Assembly (NCBI GenBank): GCA_965214705.1
Contig: CBDCCI010000002.1
Coordinates: 1,248,001 to 1,312,000 of the forward strand
Reading direction: 5' to 3'
DNA length: 64,000 nt
Source of the DNA: Alphaproteobacteria bacterium
GTDB taxonomy: Bacteria; Pseudomonadota; Alphaproteobacteria; UBA828
In this document: piece after piece, positions 19,164 to 29,858 of the stretch
Layout: every line of letters begins with the position of its first letter
Position numbering within the stretch: position 1 is the first letter of the stretch
Notes under the pieces: model-generated
The model's input: only the letters and a program-made list of their open reading frames with translations
Databases searched by the model: none
Told to the model about the DNA's origin: nothing
Translations under genes and position numbers: made by a program

Positions 19164-20360
19164 CTAACCTGCCTGCCGAAGCTGGGATCTAATCTTCCGG
19201 CTATGTCTGCCAAATAACGACGCCAAGTCTTCAAGTTTCCATTCGAGGTAATCTGACCTCCGCTTCGCCCGCGGCCGTACCCATCGCTCAAGTGCCAACT
19301 CTGCCACCTCGCCCACGCTGAGCAGATTTGAAATATCTGGTTGGCCCTTCCCCGTCAGGAGTATCTTTGCTCCCTCGGACACGAGGAACGAGATGAAGAC
19401 CTCTCTCCTAATCCCGTGCCGAAGGATATTGTCCCTCAATCCCAGTTCTTTCAGTGCGGCTCGTGTCGTTCGCAGTCGCCAATTCGGACCCTCACCAAAC
19501 CGGTGACGATCTGCATAGGGATGCGCTTCTCTCCTCAAGTAGCTTCGTAGCTCCAAAAACAATTTGTCTGGAATATGGAAATGGCCCCAGCCCTCAGTAT
19601 AGCCCAGGGACTCAAAATATTGTGTACCATCCAACTTCAGGCGGTTGTACACTGACGATCGACCCATCGAAGAAGAGGTTGTTACGGCTATCAAACGAGC
19701 ATGTTTATTCGCACCAGAAATGATTCCCGTCGTGTCTCCGTATTCCGCTTGGAAGTCCTTGTATATTTCGCGTGTCCGGATCAAGCACGCAACCATCTTT
19801 CCTGCAAGCAACAAATTATAAGGCGGAAGTGCTCCGAGCACGTATGCGTCCATGAGATTCACAAGCCGGGCGCTTCTATCCTGAGCTGACCAGCCAATCA
19901 AATTATCTCTCACAGCAAGATTAAAAACCGGATCTCCGATAGCAATTAATCCGATCAACTTGTCGTTACTATCGTCCCATAAAAGATATCTCAGCCTGCG
20001 GCCGAACCCATTAGAAACCGGCACAGACCAAGTCAGCGATGCCAAGCGAAACAGCTCGGACTGCTGAGTCCCGGCGTAGATTCTCTCTAGTCTTGGAGAA
20101 ATCTGCTCGGGACGTATATCTTCACCCGAGGCAAAGTGTTCGACTAGCTTCGGGGCTCGCTCAGATAGAAATTTACGGTTGTTGGCTAATCTTGCCTTTC
20201 GTTGGGCACCGTGCAGCGCCCGTACTGCATGCTTCCCATCGCCATCTATTGCCAAGGATCCATCATTCTGTCTCCTGAAACCAATTTGCCTCAGGTGCCG
20301 TCGGACTTTTCTCTTGAGGTTGTCTTCATACGAAGAAATTGTGACAACGTTAGTTTTCAT
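19164..20360 (-). CDS. druA: Druantia DruA (DUF4338 family)
   Basis: 398 aa; WSVPVSNGFGRRLRYL, GDPVFNLAVRDNLIGW, VLGALPPYNLLLAGKMVA, LGYTEGWGHFH; first gene of the operon. Confidence 0.88.
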   Translation of the reverse strand: MKTNVVTISSYEDNLKRKVRRHLRQIGFRRQNDGSLAIDGDGKHAVRALHGAQRKARLANNRKFLSERAPKLVEHFASGEDIRPEQISPRLERIYAGTQQSELFRLASLTWSVPVSNGFGRRLRYLLWDDSNDKLIGLIAIGDPVFNLAVRDNLIGWSAQDRSARLVNLMDAYVLGALPPYNLLLAGKMVACLIRTREIYKDFQAEYGDTTGIISGANKHARLIAVTTSSSMGRSSVYNRLKLDGTQYFESLGYTEGWGHFHIPDKLFLELRSYLRREAHPYADRHRFGEGPNWRLRTTRAALKELGLRDNILRHGIRREVFISFLVSEGAKILLTGKGQPDISNLLSVGEVAELALERWVRPRAKRRSDYLEWKLEDLASLFGRHSRKIRSQLRQAG

Positions 20361-20689
20361 CTAATGTGACCTACCAGGCTTATTCATTTGAAGATGGCAA
20401 TCGTCAACCATTAAATGACCGGAAAGTTTGTTCGATATGAAATTCGTCCATGCGCCAGTTTCCACCTGGCATGGATACCCACCAAGAGATCCATATCTGC
20501 TTGTTTCGTAAGCTCGGCAGTAGCGGAGACCGCTGCCCTGCATCAACCCCTTATCCCTGTTTGGCTTCCCGCGGCTTGGCGATCCCGCCGGAGCGCGCGC
20601 TGTCTTCGAACGGCAAGCGGCCGAATTCAACTTGCGGCCCCCCTGTCCGCGCTTGTCCTCGGTCGCCCTTCACCCCGATCACGAGTCGC

Positions 20690-20962
20690 CTGCGTCGACG
20701 GCATCCCATTAACGGCTTGCCGGCTTTGAACGTCGGGGCGGTCGAGGCGACGATGTTCAGCTTTCTCCCGTCCTGGGATTGCGCCCAGTGCGGCGGGGCG
20801 GCTCCTGGTGCCGAAGATGCCGAAGCCGGCAATCCGAACATGCTCGCCCTTGGCCAGGGCCTCCGAGATCGCCTCGAACACGGCGTCCACCGCATCCTCG
20901 GCCGCCGACTTTCCGACTCCGGTCCGGGCGGCCACAAGGCCCGCGATCTCCGACTCGTTCAC
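20690..20962 (-). pseudogene. HU family DNA-binding protein, frameshifted
   Basis: VRIAGFGIF in one frame; RTGRNPRTGES and PTFKAGKPL in other frames. Confidence 0.8.
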
Positions 20963-21230
20963 CCGTTCTCACCCTCCGTTGCCGCGTTCTCGGGACGCCC
21001 GATCCGCCCGACAGACCGCAGCCCAGGCCGGCACCCACGGTTAGCACGAAACCTCCGCCGTTTCGATCCCGGTAGCGGCAATTCCGCCCTCTTCCTGCCG
21101 GAGCGACGCCACCGGCGCGTCGCACTGCCAAGCCTCGCGGCGGGGCTTCAGGCGTTCGAGGTTGGTCTGCTCCAGGCGCCTCGTGGGGGCCGGAGAGCGG
21201 CCTCTCGCGCCACCGCCGGGGGACCGAACC

Positions 21231-21515
21231 ATGTCCAGCCGTATCGCCGACATTCCCGTGCCGCCGCAGTGCGACGACAGGATTCGTGCCGGCGCCCTCG
21301 TCGCCATCAACGATTCAGGCAGCAAGGATTCACAGGGCATGACGATCCTGCTGTCGCGGATCGTCCCGCTCGCGCAACTCGTGGCTGTCCACGCACCGCT
21401 GGGCGAAGTCGAATGGCCGGGCACGGTCGAGCATATCGAAGCGACGCTGCCCGCAGGCGTGCCGCTCATATTCGCGCCCGTCACATCCGGCAAGTCGCTG
21501 CTCCACCGCGTCTCC
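21231..21515 (+). pseudogene. PAPS-reductase-family protein, N-terminal fragment
   Basis: Degenerate PP-loop AINDSGSKDSQ followed by VHAPLGEVEWPG; similarity stops after about 95 codons. Confidence 0.65.
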
Positions 21516-21638
21516 AGGTGGTCCCGAATTGGGGCCGGCCCGAGACGTTATGGACGGCGCCGGTGCAGCGCCGGGCGCGTTGGCGTCGAGCGACATGGGG
21601 TCGGTCGACATTCTCGTCGGCAAACGCGCTGATGGATG

Positions 21639-22091
21639 TCATCGATCACCGTGGCTCGAAAGGAGGATGCCTTCGGTAGCCGGCAAGCCCAACTTCGTTG
21701 CGGCCGCCACCATCGACTTGTCCAGGCTGTAGATCGCATCGGCGCGGCGGTTGTCCGCAATGGCGAGGTGCAATGCGTCCCCCGCCCTCAGACCGGTCTC
21801 GAACCGGTTGACCCAATCTCTGGCCCGATCGAAATCGTTACGGTCCGGCAAGAAGACGACAAAGGACTCCTCGATCATGGATTCGAACCGTGACCCCGCC
21901 TCGTGCGCCGCTGCGGGGTCAAGGTCGCCCATGCGGACCTCGCGGGCAAGCAGCGAGGCGAACTCGACCCGGGTCCAGTGGCTGACCGCCAGTTCGTCGG
22001 CCGGCAGGTTTTCGAAGAATCCGGCTATCGGTTCGCTGGTGGCCTCGGGGAGGATGAGGGGCACGAGGAAACTGGTGTCGAAATAGCGCAT
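21639..22091 (-). CDS. vapC: VapC-family PIN-domain toxin
   Basis: YFDTSFL, VEFAS, LRAGDALHLAIA, SLD motifs. Confidence 0.9.
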   Translation of the reverse strand: MRYFDTSFLVPLILPEATSEPIAGFFENLPADELAVSHWTRVEFASLLAREVRMGDLDPAAAHEAGSRFESMIEESFVVFLPDRNDFDRARDWVNRFETGLRAGDALHLAIADNRRADAIYSLDKSMVAAATKLGLPATEGILLSSHGDR

Positions 22092-22109
22092 CCGCGGGGA
22101 TTGCCGGCT

Positions 22110-22406
<297 letters not shown>

Positions 22407-22470
22407 CTACATTGTTTTCGCGAAGGCACCGGCACCGGGGTGCAGACGACCTCGCGCCTGACGGTCCGGC

Positions 22471-23217
22471 TCAGACTTTCCTGACGGTCCAGATCACCTT
22501 GCCGACGATATGGGCCTCGTCGATCAGACAGGTATAGGGCTCGTAGTCCGGGTTTGCGGAGAGCAGTCGTATCGCGGGGGGGGGGTCGGAGCGGGCCAGC
22601 ATCTCGACCCGCTTGACCACGAGGCCGCCGCCGTCCCAGAGCACCACCATCTCGCCGGTCACCGGCATGCGGCGGGAGATGTCGACCACGATCCTGTCGC
22701 CCTCTCCGATGAAGGGCTCCATGGAATCGCCGCGTGCGCCGAGGATGCGCAGGTTCTCGGGCGCGGTGCGTCCCTCGTGGCGGATCATGGCGTCGGGCAT
22801 ATACCAGCGCGCGGCTTCCGCCGTGTTGTCCTCATTGAGAGCGCCGGGACCGGCGGAGGCGTCGACGGCCATCTCCCGGACGGCCGACACCGGCGCGTTG
22901 GGAAGCTGGGGCGGCTTGAAACGGGGAACGCGGGGTTTTGCAGGCCTGCGCCTTGGCACGAAGTCCTGACGCAGGCTCTCGGGATCGCAGCCGAGCCACT
23001 CGGCCAGCGCGCTGCGGTCGCGGGAGCGGAGCACTTTGGGGGTTCCGCGCTCGAGAAACTGGTGCACGTAGGAGGGGCCCCTTCCGATGGCGAGGGAGGC
23101 CTCGCGCATGGTGCCGTCGCGCTCCCGGAGGAGGTCGCGGATTCTCTGCCTGACGGGGTCTGTCTTGAGAATGTGCCTGTCATCGGCAGGCGTTGAGGCT
23201 TTTCGGTCATGGGGCAC
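22471..23217 (-). CDS. Phage CI/LexA-like repressor with S24 peptidase domain
   Basis: N-terminal HTH-like region, ASAGPG cleavage-site motif, GDSMEP (Ser) and VVKRV (Lys). Confidence 0.88.
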   Translation of the reverse strand: MPHDRKASTPADDRHILKTDPVRQRIRDLLRERDGTMREASLAIGRGPSYVHQFLERGTPKVLRSRDRSALAEWLGCDPESLRQDFVPRRRPAKPRVPRFKPPQLPNAPVSAVREMAVDASAGPGALNEDNTAEAARWYMPDAMIRHEGRTAPENLRILGARGDSMEPFIGEGDRIVVDISRRMPVTGEMVVLWDGGGLVVKRVEMLARSDPPPAIRLLSANPDYEPYTCLIDEAHIVGKVIWTVRKV

Positions 23218-23433
23218 GGAGTGTTCTCGGGAAGTGGGGATCGTTGATATGTCATAGGCGCTTCATGCGTATTGTCAAGCATATGTTGTATGTCTGTTCT
23301 CAATTCGCTCAACCCGTGCCCCGGCTCATCCACACGTCACTTCCGTAGCGTTTGTCGACTCCCCCACGAACTGGTGAGTTCGTCTGCTAAGTCGAGTCAC
23401 CCCCTTCCCCTTGGACGAACCGGCACGACAGAT

Positions 23434-25917
23434 ATGAACGAAGAATCCAATACGACGACCATCATCATTGTCCTCGTCGTATTGGCGTTGTTGGCGGTCG
23501 GTACAGCATTCCTCACGCGATTTATCGTGCGCCGCATTGCGCGGGCATTTTCGCGTCGATCATCGCAGCGACGTGTAGGAGGGTCAGAAACCAAGGAGCA
23601 ACAAAGAACTGCCAAGACGACTCCCGGAACCACCCACAAGGAGCCCACGCTCCGTTCGGGAACCTCAGCTCGTAAGCATACTGCTCCTAGGACCCAACGT
23701 CCGGAGGCGCCAGTCGCCCGCACAGCTCCTCCAAAGTCCCAGCCCTCAGAACCGCCGCCGGTCGTCCGCCTGTCCTCTGCCGAGTCCCACCCACAGGAGG
23801 TGTCGCCTCCTCCCAAGGAGTCCACGCCAAGGACAACACGCCAAACGAGGACCAAACAGCGCGTCGGATCGGGATGGGTTCCCAAGGACGGCAGCGCCTA
23901 TGTCGCCGGCCGGGAGATTGGCGGCATGGTCTATGTTGGTCGGGGGGCGCGTGCCGGTAACTTCAACGAACCGGACAACGCGTTTATCGATCCAAGCAAG
24001 AATGCCGCCTCGCGTGGAGGCGATTATGAGGGGCAGGGCATGGACTATTGGCCGAATTACTCGGCCATCAATGCTCGGTCGCGAGCAACGTATCTTGATT
24101 GGCTTTCCGGTGGCCGCTCCGACACGCGCTACAATGTGGGCTACGTGTTTCTTTATTTCTATGGGCTTGAGCGACGGGTCTTTGTCGACAAGACGGACCC
24201 GCAGGAACGTGCCGACATCGTTGCCGAAGTTCGCAGACTGCTTGAAATCTACGGCGATAACCACTCGATACGCCGTTACCTTGGCGCCTTCATCGATACG
24301 ACAAGCCTCCTGGAATCGGGCAGCGCCCCCCAGCCTGTCTACGAGCACGACGGTTACGAGATGCCTGCGAATGTCCTGCTTGCACTGGGCAGTATGGCGG
24401 CGCACGGCGTGCCGCTCTCATCGGATTGGCTTCTATCCTGGTTCCTATGCCACCCTGAAACGAGGTTAAGAACACCGGCCAAGCGCGCCTTTGCCGAGTT
24501 CAAGGCTTACTTTCGTCACTTGTTTGACCAGGAATATCCGGATGGACTGAAGATTCGCACGCCAAAGCGGCGCTTGAAGCTTCAATACCATGCTTCTTCC
24601 GGCAAATTTGCAACAGACTTGAGCGAGTACCTGGGCGACATACCCGACGTTTCAGGTCTCTCAGCACCGCTTCGAATTGCACAGAAAATAGCCGACGCGA
24701 GCGCCGATGGGTTGGACAAGTACAGTCGTTATCTCGGGCGTAATCCCGATGGGAAAGGCACCATTGAGGCCCACGCTCTCCTGCCCGAAGCCCTGTGGCC
24801 GTCGTTCCCCTGTCCTGAGAAGGAGGACCTTCAGATCTGGGCGACGACACAGATTGAATCCGGTGGTCTCGTGCCGGTCGAAGACGTCGTGGAGAGGCTG
24901 GAAGGGGCTCGGCCCGACAAGATCGGGAAGCGCCAGCTGATTGGAGTTGCCGATGCGCTCGCAAGACTTGGCGTGGGCATGGCGCCCGATCCCCGTTTCG
25001 CGCTGAGGAAGCCGCAGTCGGGCGAACCCGTGGTCCTTTTCCATCTGCCGCAAGACACGCGCACCATCGAAAGCCCCGGCGATGCGTATCGAAGCGCGAT
25101 CCTCAACCTCGCGGTTGCGACGCTGGTAGCCCACGCAGATGGTCAGATCGATCATGCGGAGCGACAGCATTTGGCCGGACAGATCGACGGCAACCAATCG
25201 GTATCCGAGGCCGAGCGGGGGCGGCTGCACGCCAATCTCTCCTGGATGATCGCTGTCCCGCCCGATATCGGCATGCTGCGGACCCGCCTCCGCAACGCGC
25301 CCGAAGATCTACGCGGTGCGCTGGGTCAATTGGCGGTCGTCGCGGCAGGAGCAGATGGCGCGATCGACCCGGAGGAAATTCGCGTCATCGAGCGGCTCTA
25401 TGCAGTGATGAGCCTGGAGCGCGAGCGTGTTTACGCCGACTTGCATGCGCTCACGTCCGCGCCGGAGCCGGTAACCGTGCGTCCTGCCGATCGCACCACG
25501 CGAGAGTTCGTGATCCCGTCGGCACCGCCCGAGACGCCCGCGGACGCAGTGACCCTGGACGCGGCGCGCGTATCCGCGGTGATGGCCGACACTGCGCGCG
25601 TCAGCCAGGTACTCGGCGATATTTTCTCGGACGGAGATGACGACGACGAGGAGAGCGTCGACGACAGCGTTGTCGACGCAGACGATGGATTCAGTGGCCT
25701 CGACGCCCCGCACAGGGCTGTCGTGTCGGTGCTCATCACGCGCCACCAGTGGACAGAGGACGAGATCGCAGGCTTGGCCGACGAGCATCAACTGATGACC
25801 GCGGGCGCGCTTGAGGCCATCAACGAGTGGGCCTTCGATAGGTTCGACGACGCGCTCATCGAAGAATACGACGGCTATGAGATAAACGGCGATATCGTCC
25901 AACAATTGATGCGTTGA
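23434..25917 (+). CDS. sngA: Shango SngA: TerB_N/TerB/TerB_C protein with N-terminal transmembrane helix
   Basis: Hydrophobic N-terminal helix; YWPNYS..RATYLDWL..GYVFLYFYGLERR; HADGQIDHAE and ADGAIDPEE TerB motifs; GALEAINEWAFDRFDDALIE. Confidence 0.85.
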   Translation: MNEESNTTTIIIVLVVLALLAVGTAFLTRFIVRRIARAFSRRSSQRRVGGSETKEQQRTAKTTPGTTHKEPTLRSGTSARKHTAPRTQRPEAPVARTAPPKSQPSEPPPVVRLSSAESHPQEVSPPPKESTPRTTRQTRTKQRVGSGWVPKDGSAYVAGREIGGMVYVGRGARAGNFNEPDNAFIDPSKNAASRGGDYEGQGMDYWPNYSAINARSRATYLDWLSGGRSDTRYNVGYVFLYFYGLERRVFVDKTDPQERADIVAEVRRLLEIYGDNHSIRRYLGAFIDTTSLLESGSAPQPVYEHDGYEMPANVLLALGSMAAHGVPLSSDWLLSWFLCHPETRLRTPAKRAFAEFKAYFRHLFDQEYPDGLKIRTPKRRLKLQYHASSGKFATDLSEYLGDIPDVSGLSAPLRIAQKIADASADGLDKYSRYLGRNPDGKGTIEAHALLPEALWPSFPCPEKEDLQIWATTQIESGGLVPVEDVVERLEGARPDKIGKRQLIGVADALARLGVGMAPDPRFALRKPQSGEPVVLFHLPQDTRTIESPGDAYRSAILNLAVATLVAHADGQIDHAERQHLAGQIDGNQSVSEAERGRLHANLSWMIAVPPDIGMLRTRLRNAPEDLRGALGQLAVVAAGADGAIDPEEIRVIERLYAVMSLERERVYADLHALTSAPEPVTVRPADRTTREFVIPSAPPETPADAVTLDAARVSAVMADTARVSQVLGDIFSDGDDDDEESVDDSVVDADDGFSGLDAPHRAVVSVLITRHQWTEDEIAGLADEHQLMTAGALEAINEWAFDRFDDALIEEYDGYEINGDIVQQLMR

Positions 25918-25929
25918 CGGGAGAAGGAC

Positions 25930-27252
25930 ATGGAGCGTCCCAAGATCAAGCGGCGCGAGCGCGACACGATCATCCAGGCATTGAGCGCAGGCGTCGTGCC
26001 GAAGCTGGGCCTGCGCCATATCCAGGTCGGGCGTGCACGAGAGACCACCGAAATGGTCCGCGATGTCGAACGGATCGGCGAAGGGGGCGCCGCGATCCGC
26101 TTCGTGATCGGCGAATACGGATCGGGCAAGACATTCTTTCTCAATCTCGTTCGACTCATCGCTTTGGAGAAAGGCCTCGTCGTGCTCTCAGCGGACCTTG
26201 CGCCCGACAGGCGTATCCACGCCACAGGCGGGCAGGCCCGTTCGCTGTACGCGGAGCTTACGCGAAACGCAGCGACTCGCACGAAGCCGGAGGGCGGCGC
26301 GCTTGCCAGCGTGGTGGAAAGGTTCGTCACCCAGGCGGTCCGGGAGGCGGACTCTTCCGACCGGACGGCCGACGCCGTGATCCGAGATAAGTTGGAGCAT
26401 CTCGAGGAACTGACGGGCGGATACGAGTTTGCCACCGTCATCGCCAGATATTGGGAAGGGCACGAAACCGGCGAAACCGAACTGAAGTCGAATGCGCTGC
26501 GCTGGCTCAGGGCCGAGTTTGCGACCAGGACGGATGCGCGCAAGGCCCTGGGTGTTCGCACGATCGTCGACGACGCCGGCGTCTACGATCACCTGAAGCT
26601 CATGTCCGCATTCGTGCGCGAGGCGGGCTACGGCGGATTGCTGGTGGAGCTCGATGAACTCGTAAACCTCTACAAGCTCACCAACAGCCAGGCCCGGAAC
26701 GCCAACTACGAGCAAATCCTCCGAATCCTGAACGACGTTCTCCAGGGTAGTGCCGCGCATCTCGGCTTCATCCTCGGTGGCACCCCCGAGTTTCTTATGG
26801 ACACGAGGCGGGGCCTCTACAGCTATGAAGCGCTCCAGTCGCGGCTTGCGGAGAACACCTTTGCACGAGACGGCCTGATCGATCTGTCCGGGCCGGTCCT
26901 GCGTTTGTCCAGCCTGACGCAGGAAGACTTGTTCGTGCTGCTTGCCAATGTCAGGCGCGTGTTTCTGGGAGACGAAGTTGACGGCGCGCCGGACGATGCC
27001 CTGACGGCCTTCATGGCGCATTGCTCACAGCGGATCGGTGATGCGTATTTTCGGACACCGAGAAACACGGTCACTGCGTTCGTGAACATGCTCTCGATCA
27101 TCGAGCAGAACCCCGGGACCACGTGGCAGGACCTCGTCGCCGATGTCGAGATCACGGCGGATGGCGGCGATGACTTGAGCGACATCGTCAACGACAAGAC
27201 GTTGAAGACCGCGCCACAGGGTGACGATGACCTCACCACCTTCCGTCTCTAA
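25930..27252 (+). CDS. sngB: Shango SngB: DUF2791/BrxD-like P-loop ATPase
   Basis: ALSAGVVP, GEYGSGKTF, LDELVNL, GLYSYEALQSRL; lies between the TerB gene and a helicase. Confidence 0.85.
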   Translation: MERPKIKRRERDTIIQALSAGVVPKLGLRHIQVGRARETTEMVRDVERIGEGGAAIRFVIGEYGSGKTFFLNLVRLIALEKGLVVLSADLAPDRRIHATGGQARSLYAELTRNAATRTKPEGGALASVVERFVTQAVREADSSDRTADAVIRDKLEHLEELTGGYEFATVIARYWEGHETGETELKSNALRWLRAEFATRTDARKALGVRTIVDDAGVYDHLKLMSAFVREAGYGGLLVELDELVNLYKLTNSQARNANYEQILRILNDVLQGSAAHLGFILGGTPEFLMDTRRGLYSYEALQSRLAENTFARDGLIDLSGPVLRLSSLTQEDLFVLLANVRRVFLGDEVDGAPDDALTAFMAHCSQRIGDAYFRTPRNTVTAFVNMLSIIEQNPGTTWQDLVADVEITADGGDDLSDIVNDKTLKTAPQGDDDLTTFRL

Positions 27253-29482
27253 CGGTGAATCCAAGGCGTTCGATCTTCTGGCAGAGCCTGTTCGACGCTG
27301 GATCTGGCAGAAGAGGTGGACTTCGCTGAGGGACATTCAGGAGCGCGCGATTCCGTATCTCGTCGATGGCGACGACGATCTCATCATTGCGGCCGCGACC
27401 GCAGGGGGAAAGACCGAAGCGGCGTTCCTTCCGCTGATCTCGAAGGCCTTCACGGCCGGAAGTGGCGAGGGCTTCGAGCTGGTCTATGTCGGTCCCCTCC
27501 GCGCCCTGATCAACGATCAGTTCCGGCGGCTTGAAGACTTGTGCGAGTCTCTGGAAATGCCGGTTCATCCCTGGCACGGCGACATCTCGCAGTCTGTGAA
27601 GGCGCGCGCCAGGAAGAACCCGCGCGGTATCCTGCTGATCACCCCCGAATCGCTCGAAGCCATGTTCGTCCTGCGCGGTGCGGACGTGCCCCGCCTCTTC
27701 GCAGGCACCCAGGCCATTGTGATCGACGAGCTTCATGCGCTGCTCGATTCCGAACGGGGCGTTCATCTGCGCTCTCTGCTGACCCGGCTCGAACTCGCAG
27801 TCGGCCGTCGAATTCGGCGCGTCGGGTTATCGGCGACCCTGGGCGATATGGCGCTGGCCAACGCCTATCTGCGCCCCGAGGCGCCGGAGAAGGTGGGACA
27901 ACTGGTCAGTCGCTCCGATGGGCAGGAGCTGCGTGTTCAACTGCGCGCTTACATCGAAGGCCGACGGACGGAGCACTCCGACACGGAAGACGACCAAGCA
28001 GACGATGCCAACGTGCAGGATCTAGCCGCGACACGGGCCGTTGGCGAGCACATCTTCGACAAGCTTCGGGGAAGCAACAATCTCGTCTTTGCAGGGTCCC
28101 GCGGACACGTCGAACTCTATGCCGACCTGTTGCGCCGGATGTGCGAAGAGAAGCGTCTGCCCAACGAGTTTTTCCCCCATCACGCCAGCCTGTCGCGGGA
28201 ACATCGCGGCTTCGTCGAGAAGCGCCTCAAGGACGGCGGCCTCCCGCTCACGGCGATCTGCACGTCGACCCTGGAACTCGGGATCGACATCGGCGACGTG
28301 ACATGCGTCGGGCAGATCGGCGCGCCGTGGTCGGTCGCCGCATTGAAGCAACGGCTGGGCCGGTCGGGCCGGCGGGCTGGTCAACCCTCGATCCTGCGCA
28401 TGTATGCCATCGAACCTGAGACCGAGGCAGACTCGCACCCCGTCGACACGTTTCATCTGGGCCTGGTGCGCTCGATTGCCATGGTTGAACTGCTAGTCGA
28501 GGACTGGTGCGAGCCACCGAAGCCGGAGGCGTTTCACCTTTCGACGCTGACGCACCAGATCCTCTCCGTGATCGCGGAACGCGGGGGCGCATCGGCGCAG
28601 CGGCTCTTTGCGACCCTGTGCGACCGCGGCCCGTTTCGGTCGGTCGATCCCGCGCTGTTCGGCCGGCTCTTGCGCCAGCTTGGCGACCCCGACGTTGCCC
28701 TGATTGAGCAAGCGCGCGACGGTACGCTTCTGCTAGGCCGCGAGGGCGAGCGCGTTGTCGAGCATTACAGCTTCTACGCGGTCTTTCAGACACCCCATGA
28801 GTATCGTGTCGTACACGATGCGAAGACGCTCGGCACGATCCCCGTCAATGCGCCGCTCACAGCGGACATGACCATCATCCTAGTCGGCAGGCGTTGGCGC
28901 ATTCTTGAGGTTCACGACCGAGATAAGGTCATCGAAGTGGTTTCGGACCGTGCCGGCAAGCCGCCGACCTTTGGCGGAGACCCGGGAGAAATTCATGAGA
29001 AGGTGATTCAAAGAATGCGAGAGGTGCTGCTCGCCGATTATCTGCCGTCTTTTCTCGACGATACCGCAGTAGAAGTGCTTTCCTCCGCCAGAGCCGCCTA
29101 TCGACGATCCAGACTCGATGACGTACCCGTTCAGCCGCTCAGTGATGATCGGCATCTTCTCGCGCCATGGACGGGAACGGTTGGCATCGACTCGCTTGCG
29201 ATCGTGCTGGCTTGCCTCGATTATCGCGTCAGCAAATTCGATGGCATTCTCGAAGTCTCGTCGACCGGATCCAGATCAGGGAGCTTTGTTTCGGAGCTCG
29301 AAGATATCGCGGCGGACAAGATCGACTTGCCCGATCTCATACGAGGTCGCGCCGGCGCATTGCTCTTCGAGAAATTCCATCAGTATCTCGGAGATGATCT
29401 GTTGCTTGCCGATGCGCTTTCCCGACGACTGGACTTGAATGCGGCGCCAAGGATCGCCCAAGACTTGTGCTCGCGGTTATAG
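27221..29482 (+). CDS. sngC: Shango SngC: Lhr-like DEAD/DEAH helicase
   Basis: ATAGGKTEAA, IDELH, LSAT, TSTLELGIDIG, QRLGRSGRR; overlaps sngB. Confidence 0.85.
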   Translation: MTMTSPPSVSNGESKAFDLLAEPVRRWIWQKRWTSLRDIQERAIPYLVDGDDDLIIAAATAGGKTEAAFLPLISKAFTAGSGEGFELVYVGPLRALINDQFRRLEDLCESLEMPVHPWHGDISQSVKARARKNPRGILLITPESLEAMFVLRGADVPRLFAGTQAIVIDELHALLDSERGVHLRSLLTRLELAVGRRIRRVGLSATLGDMALANAYLRPEAPEKVGQLVSRSDGQELRVQLRAYIEGRRTEHSDTEDDQADDANVQDLAATRAVGEHIFDKLRGSNNLVFAGSRGHVELYADLLRRMCEEKRLPNEFFPHHASLSREHRGFVEKRLKDGGLPLTAICTSTLELGIDIGDVTCVGQIGAPWSVAALKQRLGRSGRRAGQPSILRMYAIEPETEADSHPVDTFHLGLVRSIAMVELLVEDWCEPPKPEAFHLSTLTHQILSVIAERGGASAQRLFATLCDRGPFRSVDPALFGRLLRQLGDPDVALIEQARDGTLLLGREGERVVEHYSFYAVFQTPHEYRVVHDAKTLGTIPVNAPLTADMTIILVGRRWRILEVHDRDKVIEVVSDRAGKPPTFGGDPGEIHEKVIQRMREVLLADYLPSFLDDTAVEVLSSARAAYRRSRLDDVPVQPLSDDRHLLAPWTGTVGIDSLAIVLACLDYRVSKFDGILEVSSTGSRSGSFVSELEDIAADKIDLPDLIRGRAGALLFEKFHQYLGDDLLLADALSRRLDLNAAPRIAQDLCSRL

Positions 29483-29858
29483 CAACGTCGATCTGGGTGT
29501 AGGTCTGACATGGGGATCGTAAGACATTGATTCACTGCGATAGGCGGGTGGCAGAGGGCACGCCGCGGCCACCTGTGCCATGATATTCCCGTGGCGTTCC
29601 GATCTCGCGCCAATGCGCTGCATTCTGCTCACCCGGTGGGGGTCAGGCAGTCGATATCCGGCCACCAAATGTCAGCGGCACGCCGTCGAAAAACGCCACA
29701 GCGCACTTGCCTCACCTCTGCTTGACGTCAAGGTGACGCGCCCGCGCCCTTTACATTCCGGCCGTGCCGACCGGCAACGGGCAGCAATTCGGTGCGCCTG
29801 CTGCCGTCAAGCGCTTCGAGGAATGCCTTGCCGGGAGGCCGAGGGTGGGTACTAGGGA

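Noticed and set aside
25930-29482. BREX system suggested by the BrxD-like ATPase and helicase
   Set aside because: No pglX, pglZ or brxC; the upstream TerB gene fits Shango
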